This document shows positions 1 to 17,150 of a stretch of DNA of 64,000 nt, piece by piece. Each line of letters starts with the position of its first letter. The first letter of the stretch is position 1. The position numbers and the translations under genes are program-made. Origin of the DNA: the human T2T-CHM13v2.0 reference genome, Homo sapiens; NCBI RefSeq assembly GCF_009914755.1, contig NC_060937.1. One strand, given 5' to 3'. The notes beneath the pieces are model-generated. The model saw only the letters and a program-made list of their open reading frames with translations, did not search any database and had not been told where the DNA came from.

Positions 1-478
1 TAGAGGAATCTTAGATGCATATTACCAACTGAAAAAAAAACTGAAAGGACTACATATACTGTATGACTCCAACTATATAACATTAAGGAAAAGGCAAAAT
101 TATGGAGGACAGTGAAAAGATCAGGTTGTCAGGGATTGGGGAAAGGTGTGGGAGAGGGACGGATGACTAGGCAGATCACAGAGGGTTTTCAGGGCAGTGA
201 AATTACTGTGTATGAGTAGTGAATTCATGTCACTATATGTTTACTCACACTCATACAATGTACACTAAGAGTGGACCCTAATGTCAACTATTCACTTTGG
301 GTAATAGTGATGTGTCAATGTACGCTCATCAGTTACAGCAAGTGTACTTCTCTGGTGGGAATTGTTGATAATGGAGAAGGCTATGCACGTGAGGGAGAAG
401 GAGGTATATGGAATATCTCCGCATCTCTCTCAGTTTTGCTGTGCACCTAAAACTGCTCTAAAAAGAAAACAGTCTTAA
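1..478 (+). mobile_element. Ancient L1 3' end (L1MC-like)
   Basis: Motifs ccctaatgtcaacta, gatgtgtcaatgta, gttgataatgg...ggctatgca and ttttgctgtgcacctaaaactgctctaaaa resemble the L1MC 3' UTR. Confidence 0.75.
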
Positions 479-749
479 AAGAATATGTACTCTCTCTGAT
501 ATTGTTTGTTAGCGTGCTCTATAAATGTTAATTATGTCTACTGGGCTGTTAATGTCAACTTTTCTATATCCATACTGATTTTAATTTCACTAATTGCATT
601 AATTACTGAGAAAGGAGCGTTTATATATTAAAAAGTAGTCTAAAAAGCAAAAAAAAAAAAAAAAAAATCCTGCTTCAAAAATACAGTTAGTCCTTCCCTG
701 TGACTCCCCTCCATGCAAATTAATTGCCAAATCCACCAAATACTCCTTT

Positions 750-1077
750 CCGTTTTTTCTTTTTTTGTTGTTTTTTTTGTTTTTTTGTTTTTTTTGAGAC
801 GGAGTCTCCCTCTGTCGCTCAGGCTGGAGTGCAGTGGCATGAACTTGGCTTGCTGCAATGTCTGCCCCCCTGGGTTCAAGTGACTCTCCTGCCTCAGCCC
901 CCTAAGTAGCTGGGATTACAGGTGCACGCCACCATGCCTGGCTAATTTTCATATTTTTAGTAGAGACCGGGGTTTCACCATGTTCGTCAGGCTGGTCTCA
1001 AACTCCTGACCTCGTGATCTTCCCTCCTCGCCCTCCCAAAGTGCTGGGATTATAGACATGAGCCACAGCGCCCGGCC
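750..1077 (-). mobile_element. Full-length AluS
   Basis: Poly-T tail and both monomers, ending cggcc. TSD caaatactccttt at 737-749 and 1078-1090. Confidence 0.95.
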
Positions 1078-1378
1078 CAAATACTCCTTTAAGGCCCCAG
1101 CAAACCAATACAATCACATGCACCTGGAATTTGACAGCTTGAAGTTTATAGCCTTACTAAACTGTTTATCTTATCTGTTGCTTTTCTCTACCCCTCAAGA
1201 TCAATTCATATAAGTCAGTTATTTAAGAATTTGAGAAAAATGTGCGTTTGCCTTAATATGTTATATTATGTTCATCAAGATCCTGACTCATTTGTGACAT
1301 TTGCTGTTAGAATGAAAACTAATTCCAACTTCATTATCTTTATGTACATTTTTATTTTTTGCCACTCTCACTGTGAAG

Positions 1379-1525
1379 GTCATGGACAGTGTAATTGCGG
1401 AAGATGTGACTGCAAAGCAGGCTGGTATGGGAAGAAGTGTGAGCACCCACAGTCCTGCACGCTGTCAGCTGAGGAGAGCATCAGGAAGTGCCAGGGAAGC
1501 TCGGATCTGCCTTGCTCTGGGAGGG
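1379..1525 (+). CDS. ITGBL1: Internal coding exon of integrin beta-like protein 1 (TIED); one integrin-type Cys-rich EGF-like repeat
   Basis: Translation (G)[48 protein letters not shown](G) matches human ITGBL1 as I recall it. Acceptor ...ctgtgaAG at 1377-1378 follows a T-rich tract. Consensus donor G|gtaagt at 1526-1531. Length 147 bp, phase 1-1. Confidence 0.95.
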
Positions 1526-1598
1526 GTAAGTGAGGTCTCTCAGGGCTTCCCACGGCCTCTCCATCACAATTCAAATGAATTCAATGCACACACATCTT

Positions 1599-5166
<3,568 letters not shown>

Positions 5167-5784
5167 CTATTAGTCTTTTTAGAACTAATAATAAATCCAA
5201 TTTCCATGAATGAAAGTACATGGAGAAATATGATTCTCTTTCTCTCTTTATATATATCTTTTGCACACAGACACTCTCACTCACTGTCAGGCTACTTTAG
5301 CCTTAAGGTATGTTCAATTTCAGTTCAGTTCAGTTCAATGTTACATTAAAAAACACAGTTTAGACGTTTGCTTAAAGTTTTCTGAATGAGACCATCTAAT
5401 TGTCCACTGACATTTATGAAACCCAGTAACATTATTTTGAGGACAGTGTTGGCTTTTGAAAATTCATTGTATAAACAAATAGCTATGAATAAGCTTTTGT
5501 CATTTGAGAAGGAAGGCATGTAGCCTCAGGTGTGTTCTTGGTATCAGATCAGTACAAATTGGAGAAGGACAAATTCATCTAGAAGAACACGTGTTCCATT
5601 CCTCTTGATTTATCAAAATAAGAAATGCAATTTCACTTCCCACATGAGAATAACAAAGTTAATATGAAATATGCTTTTGAAGAAGTCGTAATTGACATTA
5701 TTACCAATTTTGTTCAAGAAAGGAAACAAAGACTTTCTTCACTTGAACATTAGATCAGAAATTTAATTTTATGTTGCGTTTTTC

Positions 5785-6485
5785 TTTTTTAAAAAATATA
5801 TGTTAATAGAGATATAATTCACATACCACAAAATTCACATACCACTCAGTATTTTGATATATTAACATAATTATGCAGCCATCACCACTGTCCAGTTCCA
5901 AAAAAAAAGTTTATCATCATAAAATACCCTGTTACCCTATAGCAGCCACTCCCCATTCTCTTGTCCCAGAACCCCTGGAAACCACCAATCTACTTTGTCT
6001 CTATGGACTTGTCTATTCTGAGTATTCCATACAAATGGAATCATAAAATATGTGATCTTCTCGCATCTGGCTTTTTTCACTTAGCATAAGTGTTTGCAAG
6101 GTTTATCAAAGTTGTAGCATATGTCAGTCCTTCATTGCTTTTTATGGCTGAATAATATCCTGTTGTATGGATACACCACCGTTATTTAACCCTTCATCAG
6201 TTAATGGGCATTTGGACATAGGATTTCTACTTTTTGGTCGTTATGAATAATGCTGCTACAAACATTCCTGTGCGACTTTTTGGGTGGACATGTCTTTTAA
6301 TTTCTTTGGGGTCTGTATCTGTGAGTGGAATTGCTGGGTCATAGAGTGACTCTGTTTTACCTTTTGAGGTAGCACAGGACCGTCTTCAAAATGACAATAC
6401 CATTTTACATTCCACCAGCAGCGTGTGGAGTTTCCAGTTTGTCCACATCCTTGCCATTTCTTGGTATTGTCTGTCCTTTTGATTC
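5785..6485 (-). mobile_element. Old L1 (L1MB-like) 3' fragment
   Basis: Motifs gagatataattcacatacc, gcagccatcaccact, caccaatctactttgtctctatgga and tttttatggctgaataatat. Confidence 0.8.
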
Positions 6486-8021
6486 TTTAGAGTATTCTTT
6501 ATAAAGAAAACTCCATAAAGTGTCTCAGGTTGTTTGCAGCACAGATATTTTCTCATATCCATTATTTTCCCCTAAGGGTTGTAAGTAGAAGAGTGGAGGA
6601 GTAGGATATGGGTATAATAATCTTTTTAATGTCAAAAGTATTTTTGACTAGCCCTGTATTTCACCAGTAACCCCAGACAGGAACCATTGTTCTATCTGCA
6701 TTGGAATATTGTCATTATAGTGCTGCATAAGCCATCATGCTTTTAAAGTAACAAAGATTGAAATTCATATCCCTCAGACTGCTTAGTTACCAACACTTGT
6801 AATCTACAGCAAAAAATAATTTTACATTATTATTTTACATTTACACAAAGCTTTATCTGTTGGGCCCAGACATGTAAAAAAAATGACCATAGGAAGGCTA
6901 ACCACTGTCTCTTTTTTAAAAAAAATGTGTGTGTATTTTCAAAAATGTATTATAATCCTAGGGACAATTCCATTTCAAATTAAAAACCTTGGGAAGTAAA
7001 GAAAATGACTTCATCTCAAAAATAGATTTTTGATCTTGAGGATACTTTTTCAGTTACATTTAAGTTAGAGAACTTTAGGTACAGTGATTTTTACTGTTAT
7101 CTTAAAGTGGTAAACAAAGCAAAGGGTGATCTGATATCTTAAAACATTATTTAAAGGGTTTACATTTGGTAAAATTATTTAAACTCCAAATGGTTATGTT
7201 GCTAGTAGAAGTAAACAGAACAGAAACCAATAGGGATATGCACTTATATTTTAAAACAAAGAAATGAACAAAATGTATACTTTTAACAAATGCTTTTATA
7301 TTTTGAAGTTAAAAATGTCAAACCATATAATAGAAAGATAAGAAAAGCATACAAAATAGCTCTCAAACAGAGAAAATCACTGTAAGTATATACTTATAGC
7401 AATGGTTTTTCATTTGTCTCTAAATTTTTTAATATGTAGAACAAGTAAAATGAAATTATTGGGGACTTAATATATTGATCTTTTATAAACTCCACTAGGT
7501 TTTTCCTCAAACATGCATATTTCCTGTCTTTCTGGAGATTCACTAACTTATTTAGCTACCATTTTTTAAGCAATAGAGTATGTTTAAACTTTATTTTATT
7601 AAAAAGGTGTTGAGTAAATGTATAGAATTATGATTTTTAAAATTGTTTATAATTCATTTCAGCCTCTTGAAGTACTTTAAAACTAAATAAGCTTCATCAG
7701 TTTCCTTACATGAGCAAAGTAATTTTGCAGGGAATCATGACAGTATGTAAGATTTTTGAAAACGAAAACCAAGAATTTATGACAGCCAGTTGAGTGCCTT
7801 TGGTCAAGGTCACGGACCCTTTCTTTCTCATAGTGCTACATCTGCAAACACATTGGTACTGGATGTTTTGAAGCAAATGACCAGTATGAAAACTTGTAAA
7901 GAGTTCGTTTTGCAATTTATGAATGAAAACTGCAGCTGTGGTTACATGAGTTAGGAAAGCAATTATAAGACCCATCAGTTTCTCAATCCTGACAGCCGCC
8001 ATCACCTCACCAGCTGGAAAA

Positions 8022-8069
8022 AAAAATCCTAGAAGAATATACTGAAGTTTGTCAGGGACCAGGTGAAGG

Positions 8070-8120
<51 letters not shown>

Positions 8121-9455
8121 CATACACACACACACACACACACATATATATGTGCATATATGTGTGTATATATACGCATGTATATATGCGTACATGTGTA
8201 TATGTATATATACATATATGCGTACATGTGTATATGTATATATACATATATGCGTATATGTGTATATGTATATATACATATACGCATATATGTGTATATG
8301 TGTATATGTGTATATACATATATGCGTATATGTGTATATGTGTATATATGTATATGTGTAAATATACATGTGTATATGTGTATATATACATATGTGTGTA
8401 TATGCGTATATATACACATATAGACATAGGCATGTGTGTATATGCGTATATATACACATATAGACATAGGCATGTGTGTATATGCGTATATATACACATA
8501 TAGACATAGGCATGTGTGTATATGCGTATATATACACATATATAGGCATGTATATATGCATATGCGTATATATATACACATATCTAGACATGTATGTGTG
8601 CATATGCGTATATATACACATATATGGGCATGTATGTGTGTATATGCGTATATATACACATATATAGACATATGTATATGCGTATATATACACATATATA
8701 GACATATGTATATCCGTATATATACACATATATAGACATATGTATATGCGTATATATACACATATATAGACATGTATATGCGTATATATACACACATAGA
8801 CATATGTATATGCGTATATATACACGTATTTAGACATATGTATATGCGTATATATACACGTATTTAGACACGTACGTGTGTATATGCGTATATATATACA
8901 CGTATGTAGACATGTATGTGTGTATGCGTATGCACGTATGTAGACATGTATGTGTTTATGCGTATACACGTATGTAGACTTATGTATGTGCGTATATGCG
9001 TGTACACGTATGTAGACATATGTATGTGCGTATATGTGTGTACACGTGTGTAGGCATATGTATGTGCGTATATGTGTGTACTCGTGTGTAGACATGTATG
9101 TGCATATGTGTATATATACGCATATACATATGTATGTGTGTATATGTGTATATATACACATATATAGACATGTATGCGTGCATGTGTATATATACACATA
9201 TATAGACATATGTATGCGTGTATGTGTATATATACACATATACACATATATATGCATATATGTGTATATATATGTGTATATATACACATATATATGTATA
9301 TATGTTATATAGCATATATATGATATAAGGCTATCCTTGTATATATATGTGATATATATATATGCTATATATATATATGCTCTCTCTCTCTCTATATATA
9401 TATATAGCCTTCACGTGGTCCCTGATATACTTCAGTATATTCTATTAGGATTTTT
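8022..9455. repeat. 49-bp inverted repeat arms (8022-8070 and 9407-9455) flanking the TA array
   Basis: The reverse complement of the left arm, gccttcacctggtccctgacaaacttcagtatattcttctaggattttt, matches the right arm, gccttcacgtggtccctgatatacttcagtatattctattaggattttt, at 44/49 with no gaps. Confidence 0.95.
8071..9406. repeat. Complex TA/TG/CA-rich micro/minisatellite array
   Basis: (TA)n then (CA)n, followed by diverged units: a 40-bp period (tagacatagg at 8421, 8461, 8501) and a 34-bp period (gacat at 8667, 8701, 8735). Almost continuous purine-pyrimidine alternation. Confidence 0.95.
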
Positions 9456-10264
9456 ATATATATATATATATATAGCCTTATATCATATATATATGATATA
9501 TGTATCAGAAATTAAGTTAAATTTCTAATTTCTTATTTCTGCTGGTGGTGACTAAGTGTGATCATTATGTCTTGAAGGTAGAATAACTTAGATGATGTCT
9601 TACATTCTGTATCCTGTGATTCCTTGATTTCTATACCATATTGGCTGTAGATATATTTTCATGTAACTAGATGTAGCTCATATAGCCATTATAGATATAA
9701 AGACATTCGTCCTAATTTCGGTTCCTGGGAGTAAAGGTGGGAAAACACTTTCTCTAGTCTCCTAGTGTTGTGCTCAAAAACTATAATGGCTTATGGTAGG
9801 CTAAACGTTAGTTTTACATTCTTCCTGATTAAAGAATACATCATTATTATTATCGATGTTCTCCTGAGCATCAGTTTGACTTTGGTTTAAAAAAAATGTG
9901 AGTAAAGTTAATTTGCATCACATCTGAGCAGAAGCTATAAGAAGCAGTGAAAAATCTGCCATTGTCTCAGGCAGGAGGATTTGCAGTGCTGGAGATCGTC
10001 TCTGACCCATTAGCTTGGCTCTCTGAATGAGGATGGGCAGGAGAAACCTCTATTAATCCACCAAGGTTCTATGATGTGAATGAGAAAGAAACACCTGTTG
10101 TTTTAAACAAGTGAGATTTTGGAGGGAGGTGTTCTTGCAGGAGAATCCCTGACTGATAATCGGTTCCCCATATAAAATGTAGGGAATGTGGTTAAGCCAA
10201 GATAAACAAACACAGCAAAAATCATGTTTACATAATTTATATTTTGTATTATATACATAATTTA

Positions 10265-10896
10265 TAAATGCCATAATTTATATTCTTGTAGCAGGATTCA
10301 TGTACAAATCTCTTAGTATTGATTCTTGGATATGGAATACATAGGTCTAAAAAAACCATGCATATATTTTATAAATGATGTGTTTATGCTCTTCTGTCAA
10401 CAGCATTTATGTGCACTTTGTCAACAGGTAAAATGATAAGAACATTGAATACATTTTTAAAAATTTCCTAAAAACACAATGAGGTAGGAAGACGTATAAT
10501 TATTATTCTTTTTACAGAAGAAGAAATTAGATATCTGAACAGTTTGCCATTTTACATAATTGCAATGGTGCAAGTTTAAAAAAAATTAATACATGTTCTC
10601 TGACTCCAAGGTTGTTGTTTTGGATAACTTACAGGTTCTTGTTACATGCCAATTTATTGGACAATATATATTAAACATATTTCCTGTTACAAATATAATT
10701 CTGCAGAATAATTGAAATGGCTGCATAATATTCCATTATATAGTTGTAGCAAAATAATTCAATCAATCCTCTTTTTATTAGATATCTATATGTTCTTTTA
10801 TTCAAGTTCTAAATGCCATAATTTATATTCTTGCAGCAGGATTCATGTACAAATCTCTTAGTATTAATTCTTGGATATGGAATACATAGGTTTAAA
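10265..10896 (+). repeat. 87-bp direct duplication (10265-10351 and 10810-10896)
   Basis: taaatgccataatttatattcttg...gaatacataggt occurs twice, 545 bp apart, 84/87 identical. Confidence 0.95.
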
Positions 10897-13849
10897 TGAA
10901 AAAAAATAAGTTAAATATTTTGAAGAAAAAAGTCCAATTTATAATCTCTAAAATAAATTATACAGGTGTGCTCTCCTGCCGGGGGCTTAAGAAAAGTCTT
11001 CTTCCCCCACCACTAGTGACAATTTAAATTATCAGTTAGCTCTTCTCAATGTATTTTGCTGTTGGTGTTACAAACTTTTGCCATTTATCAAACTTCTTTC
11101 ATTGACTTCTATAATCATCAAAACGAATGATTTATCTGCAGGCATTATTATTCAGAGGCTTGTGTTTTCAGTATTTGCCTTCTTTGATCATCGTTTGTCC
11201 TTGTGTCTAAGTCATCCTTTCATTTGATACTGCAATCCCATGTGCTTTTCTTATCTGTCCTGTTTGCCCTTTGGTTTTCTTTTATCAGACTTGTTCTATG
11301 CGGTATTGCATATGTTTTAGTTCCTTAAACACATAACCATACACCCCCATAAGGGAAGGTGTGAAATGGGGGAAGAATGATAGATGGAGGCTAATTATTT
11401 AATATTGTAACTTCTAGAAAATAGAAACCATGTCCTCATTTTTATCAATTAGCATGCTTTAATTAATGAATTAAGAATTGTTTCAATTCCCTTACCTAGG
11501 AACATACTTTCAAAGAATAGTAGCATGCCAAATTCTCACCATCTGGATATTTTTCAATGAAGTCACAATTTATCTTTCCTTTTTATTGGGAAAGCCCATC
11601 TTTAATTTCCTGTTTTATTTTTCAGAGAAGTTTTCATGATACATGCTTTCTTTCCTTTTTTTTTTTCTTTTTGACCTGTGTGTTTTTTACTCTATGTAAT
11701 TTTGGACAGCTGAATCATTACCTTTCTTATTCATGTTTACAGAGAGTTTATTTATTTGGAACAAAGAGAAAGTTTAAAAATTTGGAAGTTCTCCAAACAT
11801 TTTCAGTTAAGCAGCATACCATATACAGTGATTATGATTATATTTTAAAATCCTTTGTGGCTTAACTAACCATCTTATCATAAGTTTGCTGCTGCAGGAA
11901 ATGTGCTGAGTGTTTAGGTAACAAGGGAACCCCCAATGTGTTCTTCCAGTAGTACTTTGAGAAAGCAAGTGGGATTCAGATTTACCCTATTCTGTGCTTT
12001 CTGCTAGATTGATTCATTATTTCTGCCAGTGCTAGAGGACCCTGGAATAGTCATGAACTGAGTTATGCCATTTGAAACCTAGTTTTTATAAACTATAGCC
12101 AAAGATGATAAATAAATGACCCTGCAAAATTAACTTATTTACTATTTCTTATCCAAGAGGAATGGTCCTGCTTTTAGTGTGCATCAAATAGGGAGAAATA
12201 TAAATGAATTGGTGAGTTTTTTCAGAAGGAAAGGCCTGGACTTTGTCATGTTATGGACATTAAATGACAAGAATAAGCCTGCATACCACCAGGGAGTCTT
12301 CCATGCACCTTTGATCATGCTTTGAACTGACAATGCCCACTATTATGGGTTGTATATGCTCTATTACCATGCAATAGCCCATAATAGTAATATTATATGT
12401 AGAAATAGAAGAGCCTGTTTATCATTTGCTTTCTTTATACTCATTATGATATCTTAAACTGTATATGCATCATACATTTCAGAACATGTCGGGAATGTAA
12501 TTGTTATTTATTATGAGGTTATTAAGGATAGTACTGATATGAGAAGACTGAGATGGAGGGAGAATTAAATAGGGTGCTTCTGGTATCCTTTATCTATCTT
12601 TATGATGCACTTGGATTTCTGTGTTGGGACATTGTGTATTCTCATAGAGATAGCCAAAGGTGCAGGTGCTCAGAATAGTCATCTACTTGAAGGTCCTAGT
12701 TAAATCCAGTATTAAATCTCTCAGTCATATGATGAAGCAGCATTTACTAAGCTAATGACATAATCTGCATATGTGAAAAGAAATTATTAAAGGGAATGGA
12801 AAAGAGCCTTGTTAAATAGAAGAGACGATCTCATTCAGGTTGATTTTTCAGAGATTCCCCTTTGCAGTAGGTATTTATGTTCCTTATTTCTCCTCTTGTG
12901 TTTGATCTTGCCTTTCATCTTGCTATTGTTATATTCAACAGAACAGAGAGAAAAGAAGAATCCAGAAGCTGAATTTAATACTTTTGTTTATTTTTAAGAG
13001 ATGGTAGAAAATAATTCAGTGGAAAATAATAAACATAATATATTTTAATTAACTGAGGTTTTTCTAACTAATAGTCCAGAAAACTGTATTACTACCAAGT
13101 AAGAGAGAGTATTTTTTTCCTGTTCTAAATAAACAATCTTTATCTATGGCAACAGAACAGTTTGTATCAAAGATAGGAATTGATCCAAATAAATAGACAA
13201 GTTTCATTACATTTTGCATTATTTTTATGTTGTAAGTTGAAAACCAGTGAAATTCTTTGGCTAAGATAACTTCCTAGTAAAGACTGCAACCAGTATTGTC
13301 AAAATGTATTTGAAATGAAAATAGAAAATTGGACTTGAATTTAATTCCAATTTCTCCAGGCAAGCTTAAAATAAATGTGACAGTTATGAAAATTTTGTTA
13401 CTATGATTATATATTTATTTCTATTAAAATACTAAAATTATAGTGCAGATTGTAGTGGAGAGCTTTAGCAGTTATTTACCTGATTTCATTCAATATAAAC
13501 AGGCAAACCAGATACTTTTATGGGAAACAATTTGCTCTGGTTATCAGCCATAATCTTCATAGAATCAGCCTCAACAGATGTTCTTTCTAATAGAAAACCA
13601 ATGAGGCACAGTGTTATCCCTTTGTGTAGCCTGTAGAGTCACATAGCTGATCAGAACCTGCGATGCCCCTCTTAGGATACACAAAACTTAATAGGGCTGG
13701 TCATTGTGCTATAGTTGCAAAACGAATGCAGATACTCTACACTCACAGCATACAGACAACATGTACATCATATTTTCATAAACGATGTTGCTTATCATAA
13801 TCAATCTAATATTTATTGATCTTACCACCATGTATCTCTGGGCTAAGCT

Positions 13850-14051
13850 AGTGGTCAGAAAAGTAGGGTTAGGCCTACATTCTCTTTTTGTAAATAAAGT
13901 TTTATTAGATCATTGCCATGCTCATTTGTTTACGTATAGCTACTTTCTTGCTGTAATGGCAAAGTTGAGTAGTGGCCACAGAGAGCACAGGGCCCACAAA
14001 GCCTGAAATATTTCTCATGCAGCCCCTTACAGAAAAAACCTGCTACCCCTG
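13850..14051. mobile_element. hAT-Charlie MITE (MER58A-like)
   Basis: Motifs tttgtaaataaagttttatt, gctcatttgtttac, gggcccacaaagcct and ttacagaaaaaacctgctacccctg. Confidence 0.75.
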
Positions 14052-16576
14052 AGCTAAGCATTTGTGATAATTGTGACAAATATGTCGGGAGAAGGGATTG
14101 AGTGTCTTGAGAATCAGAGGAAGATGACATTTGCTCAATTTGTGTGCAAATATGGCTTCATGAAATGAGTGAACCTAGTGGGTATCTGCAGAGATGAGTA
14201 GTAGCATTAGGCAGATAATAATTTAGAACAAAAATAAAAGGACATCCCAGGTAGGAGGAAGAGCAGGGACAGAAACTCTGAGTTATGATGGGAATAATGT
14301 GTAAAGAACAGGAAGCATACTCACTTGTGATGATTTAGAAAAAATAAGAAAATGGTGGGAGACAGCCTGGGGGGAAATATGTCTCTCCCTCCCACCTAAC
14401 TTCTTCTTGTGTGATTGACAGGTTTCAGACAGAAAAATCCACTTCTTTGCAGAGCTCTCTATGTCATAATTGTCTTATGAGGTTAATTGTTAGTAAAATG
14501 ATGTCATAGAAATGCCAAGTTAACGTTGCTTCATGCCCATCCATTGGGTCATTGCTAAAATGCCAAGTTTTATTTAACTGAATTTAGCGAGATTCAAGTT
14601 TTTCCATGAACAAGACAAATACTTTAACATCCTTTCATGTGCCCTTCTGCACCTCGTATCATGTTTACTTAACTACTGACAGAAGATGAGAAAACAAGCA
14701 CAAATCCAAAATTGTTTTATTCGAAGGCATTTATATCAGCAAAGTATTAAAATGACAACTGTCAGCAGTCAGATTTGTATTTTGAGAATGAGATTACTAT
14801 TATCTAGATATTGGGTATGTATATAGATGCCTACATGTTTAAAATGGGAAAGGGTCACGTTGCACAGTTAGTTGAACAGTAAGCTACTGGGGTAGAGGTG
14901 GGCAGACCCTGAGTTAGTCTGGGTTCAGTCACTAGCCAGCTGTGTGACCCAGCAAGTCATACACTGAACTGGCAGCAGAACCCTTCTCGGTGACCTTGAA
15001 CTTAGCTCCATAAGCTTGCATTGCCTCCCTTTAACCTCTCTTTGCAATAAGTGAATTTGACACTGTGTTCTGACTCATCCGGACCCCTAGATTTTATATC
15101 TACTCAAATGGACACCATGCCTGTCATTTCTGACATACCTTCATAGCAGACTTTGTGTCTGGTTTTGCAAAGCTAACTAGACAGACTAAGATCTGACTAA
15201 CTACGTCTCATGAGAATCATGTGACTAACCCATCGTTCTTTCAGACTCTGCTTTCTACCAAGAGTCTGCTTGGGATTCAAACTAATATATTCTTCAGTTA
15301 TGGCATTCTTTCCTTTGGAATATAACAATTTAAGATGGATGAGATTTTGGTTCTCCATAAATATTTATTTTTCATGTGTTGCCTACTATTTGGATAAAGG
15401 CAAAAAGGCAAGATTCTTTGGCTTCCTATTTAAGTTTATAAATAATTTTGGCCTCTTTGATGCTCAAAATATTCATGCCATGTGGATGTTGGTAAATAAT
15501 ACCAAATGGCCTGGCATGGTACAGTTGTAAGCTGCTTAAGATTTGGATGGTCTCTAGGGTGAAACAGCAAATATTTTGAGGTCATGTATAAAGTCCTTTA
15601 TAAAGATGTGAACTCTTTTGCCAAGATTTCTTTGCAGAGCCCTGTATTGTATAATAGTTAACCAAAGGAAGTTAAAAGGAATGTGAAAAACATAAGAAAA
15701 TATGGAGTATGTAGTGCCTGGTAAAGTCTCTCCTACTGCTTCCTTTAATTTGCTGGAAGTCTGGGTATGGTTAATGATACTGTTGAATTATAGTTGCAAT
15801 GGTGAGAGAGAATTGTAAAACTCACCCTCTTGAGTGTAGCTTAATGTAATTATAAAAAAAAAAGGTGGTAGCAAAATCCAAGTGACATAATTTATGCTTG
15901 AGTCTAGATATATTCTGGATAACTCTACATAGAGAGGAAAACCCAGAGGGATTGCAGTTTTTAGGTTAGGCTTCTTAGTAAATAAGATTTTGGATGTGTT
16001 AGGAGGCCTGGAGTCTTGTGACCACACAAGGGTATGACAGGGTGAGCACAGGGCGACACTATTCACCCCTGCTCATCTATTCATCAGTGATACTCTCCTC
16101 TTCACTGGCAAGGTCCCTGGAAACACTATTAACAGGCATCAGTTTCTTGTTCGGGTAGAAAGACACACATGCTGCCAACACCGTGCCTTCCCTCAGCGTC
16201 CGTAGCTTATCAAAACAGCCAGGCTCCAACTGTGAGGGCGTGTGCTCTGAGGGGGCAGGGATGGAAGAGATGGCCACGTGGCTGCATGACACCCTCATAG
16301 AGCTGATGTCTCACACCACTTATTATTAATGTGACTTTGTAGAGTTTTGTATTTTTAAAAAAACTTTTTGGACCCTTAACTTTGTTATCTATAAAAATGG
16401 CATTAGAACAATTGCTGTTTACTCTGAAATGTTGTTGTGAGAGACCCTTGAAACAGTATATATGAAACTTCTTTGTTAACTTTAATATACAATTTTACGG
16501 GCTTACAAGGTTTTAAGTAGATGGCATAAAAATGACCTCCAGGGCATACGATTTAATAGAGAAAACAAGGTCAACG

Positions 16577-16990
16577 TTCATTCATTCATTCATTCATTCA
16601 CCCAGTCAACATATATTTACCAGGGTCCTCCTGTGTTCCCAGAACCACTCTCAGTGCTGAGAAAAAATAGACAAGGCAACGGATGTCATAGAGTTTGGGA
16701 AAATAAGTTAAACCAGAAAACAAATAATTTCAGATACTCCTATGAGAAGGGAAATCAAGAGAATATAAGAGAGTGGCCAAGATGAAGTCTGGGGGCTGCT
16801 GTAAGTACGGAGGGCAGGGACCCTCTCCCAGGAAGTCATATTTGGCCAGATTGGAGTATTGAAAGTGGGCCACATGACAACTCAGGGAAGATGGCAGAGG
16901 AAACAGGAAAACAATTTCAGACTCAAGGGATAAAGTTTTCTGGAAGGAGATGTAAGTCAGGTGGGCTTCATCCTTTAAAAAAATCATGGA
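16577..16990 (-). mobile_element. L2 3' fragment
   Basis: (TTCA)n tail followed by caacatatattta...tgtgttcc, typical of an L2 3' end. Confidence 0.6.
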
Positions 16991-17024
16991 GGAGATGAGG
17001 GCACTTGGAGAGCTTGCAGAAGTA

Positions 17025-17150
17025 TTTTTAAAATACCAGTGCTGAGTTCCCACCCGACTTGATTTGTCTGCAATATGGCCTGGGCGTCCGGGATTTTAAA
17101 AGCTCCCTGGGTGACTCTGCTGAGCAGCCACATGAAGACTCACCACTCTG
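17025..17150. mobile_element. MER5-like DNA transposon fragment
   Basis: Motif ggcctgggc...gattttaaaagctccctgggtgactctg...gcagcca. Confidence 0.55.

Noticed and set aside
8400-8860. Regular 34-40-bp repeats resembling a CRISPR array
   Set aside because: There are no unique spacers, the units are low-complexity, and the context is eukaryotic.
7706-9528. Long Y/I/C/H/T-rich ORFs (up to 411 aa) on both strands
   Set aside because: They are translations of the alternating RY array, which rarely produces stop codons. No protein signal.
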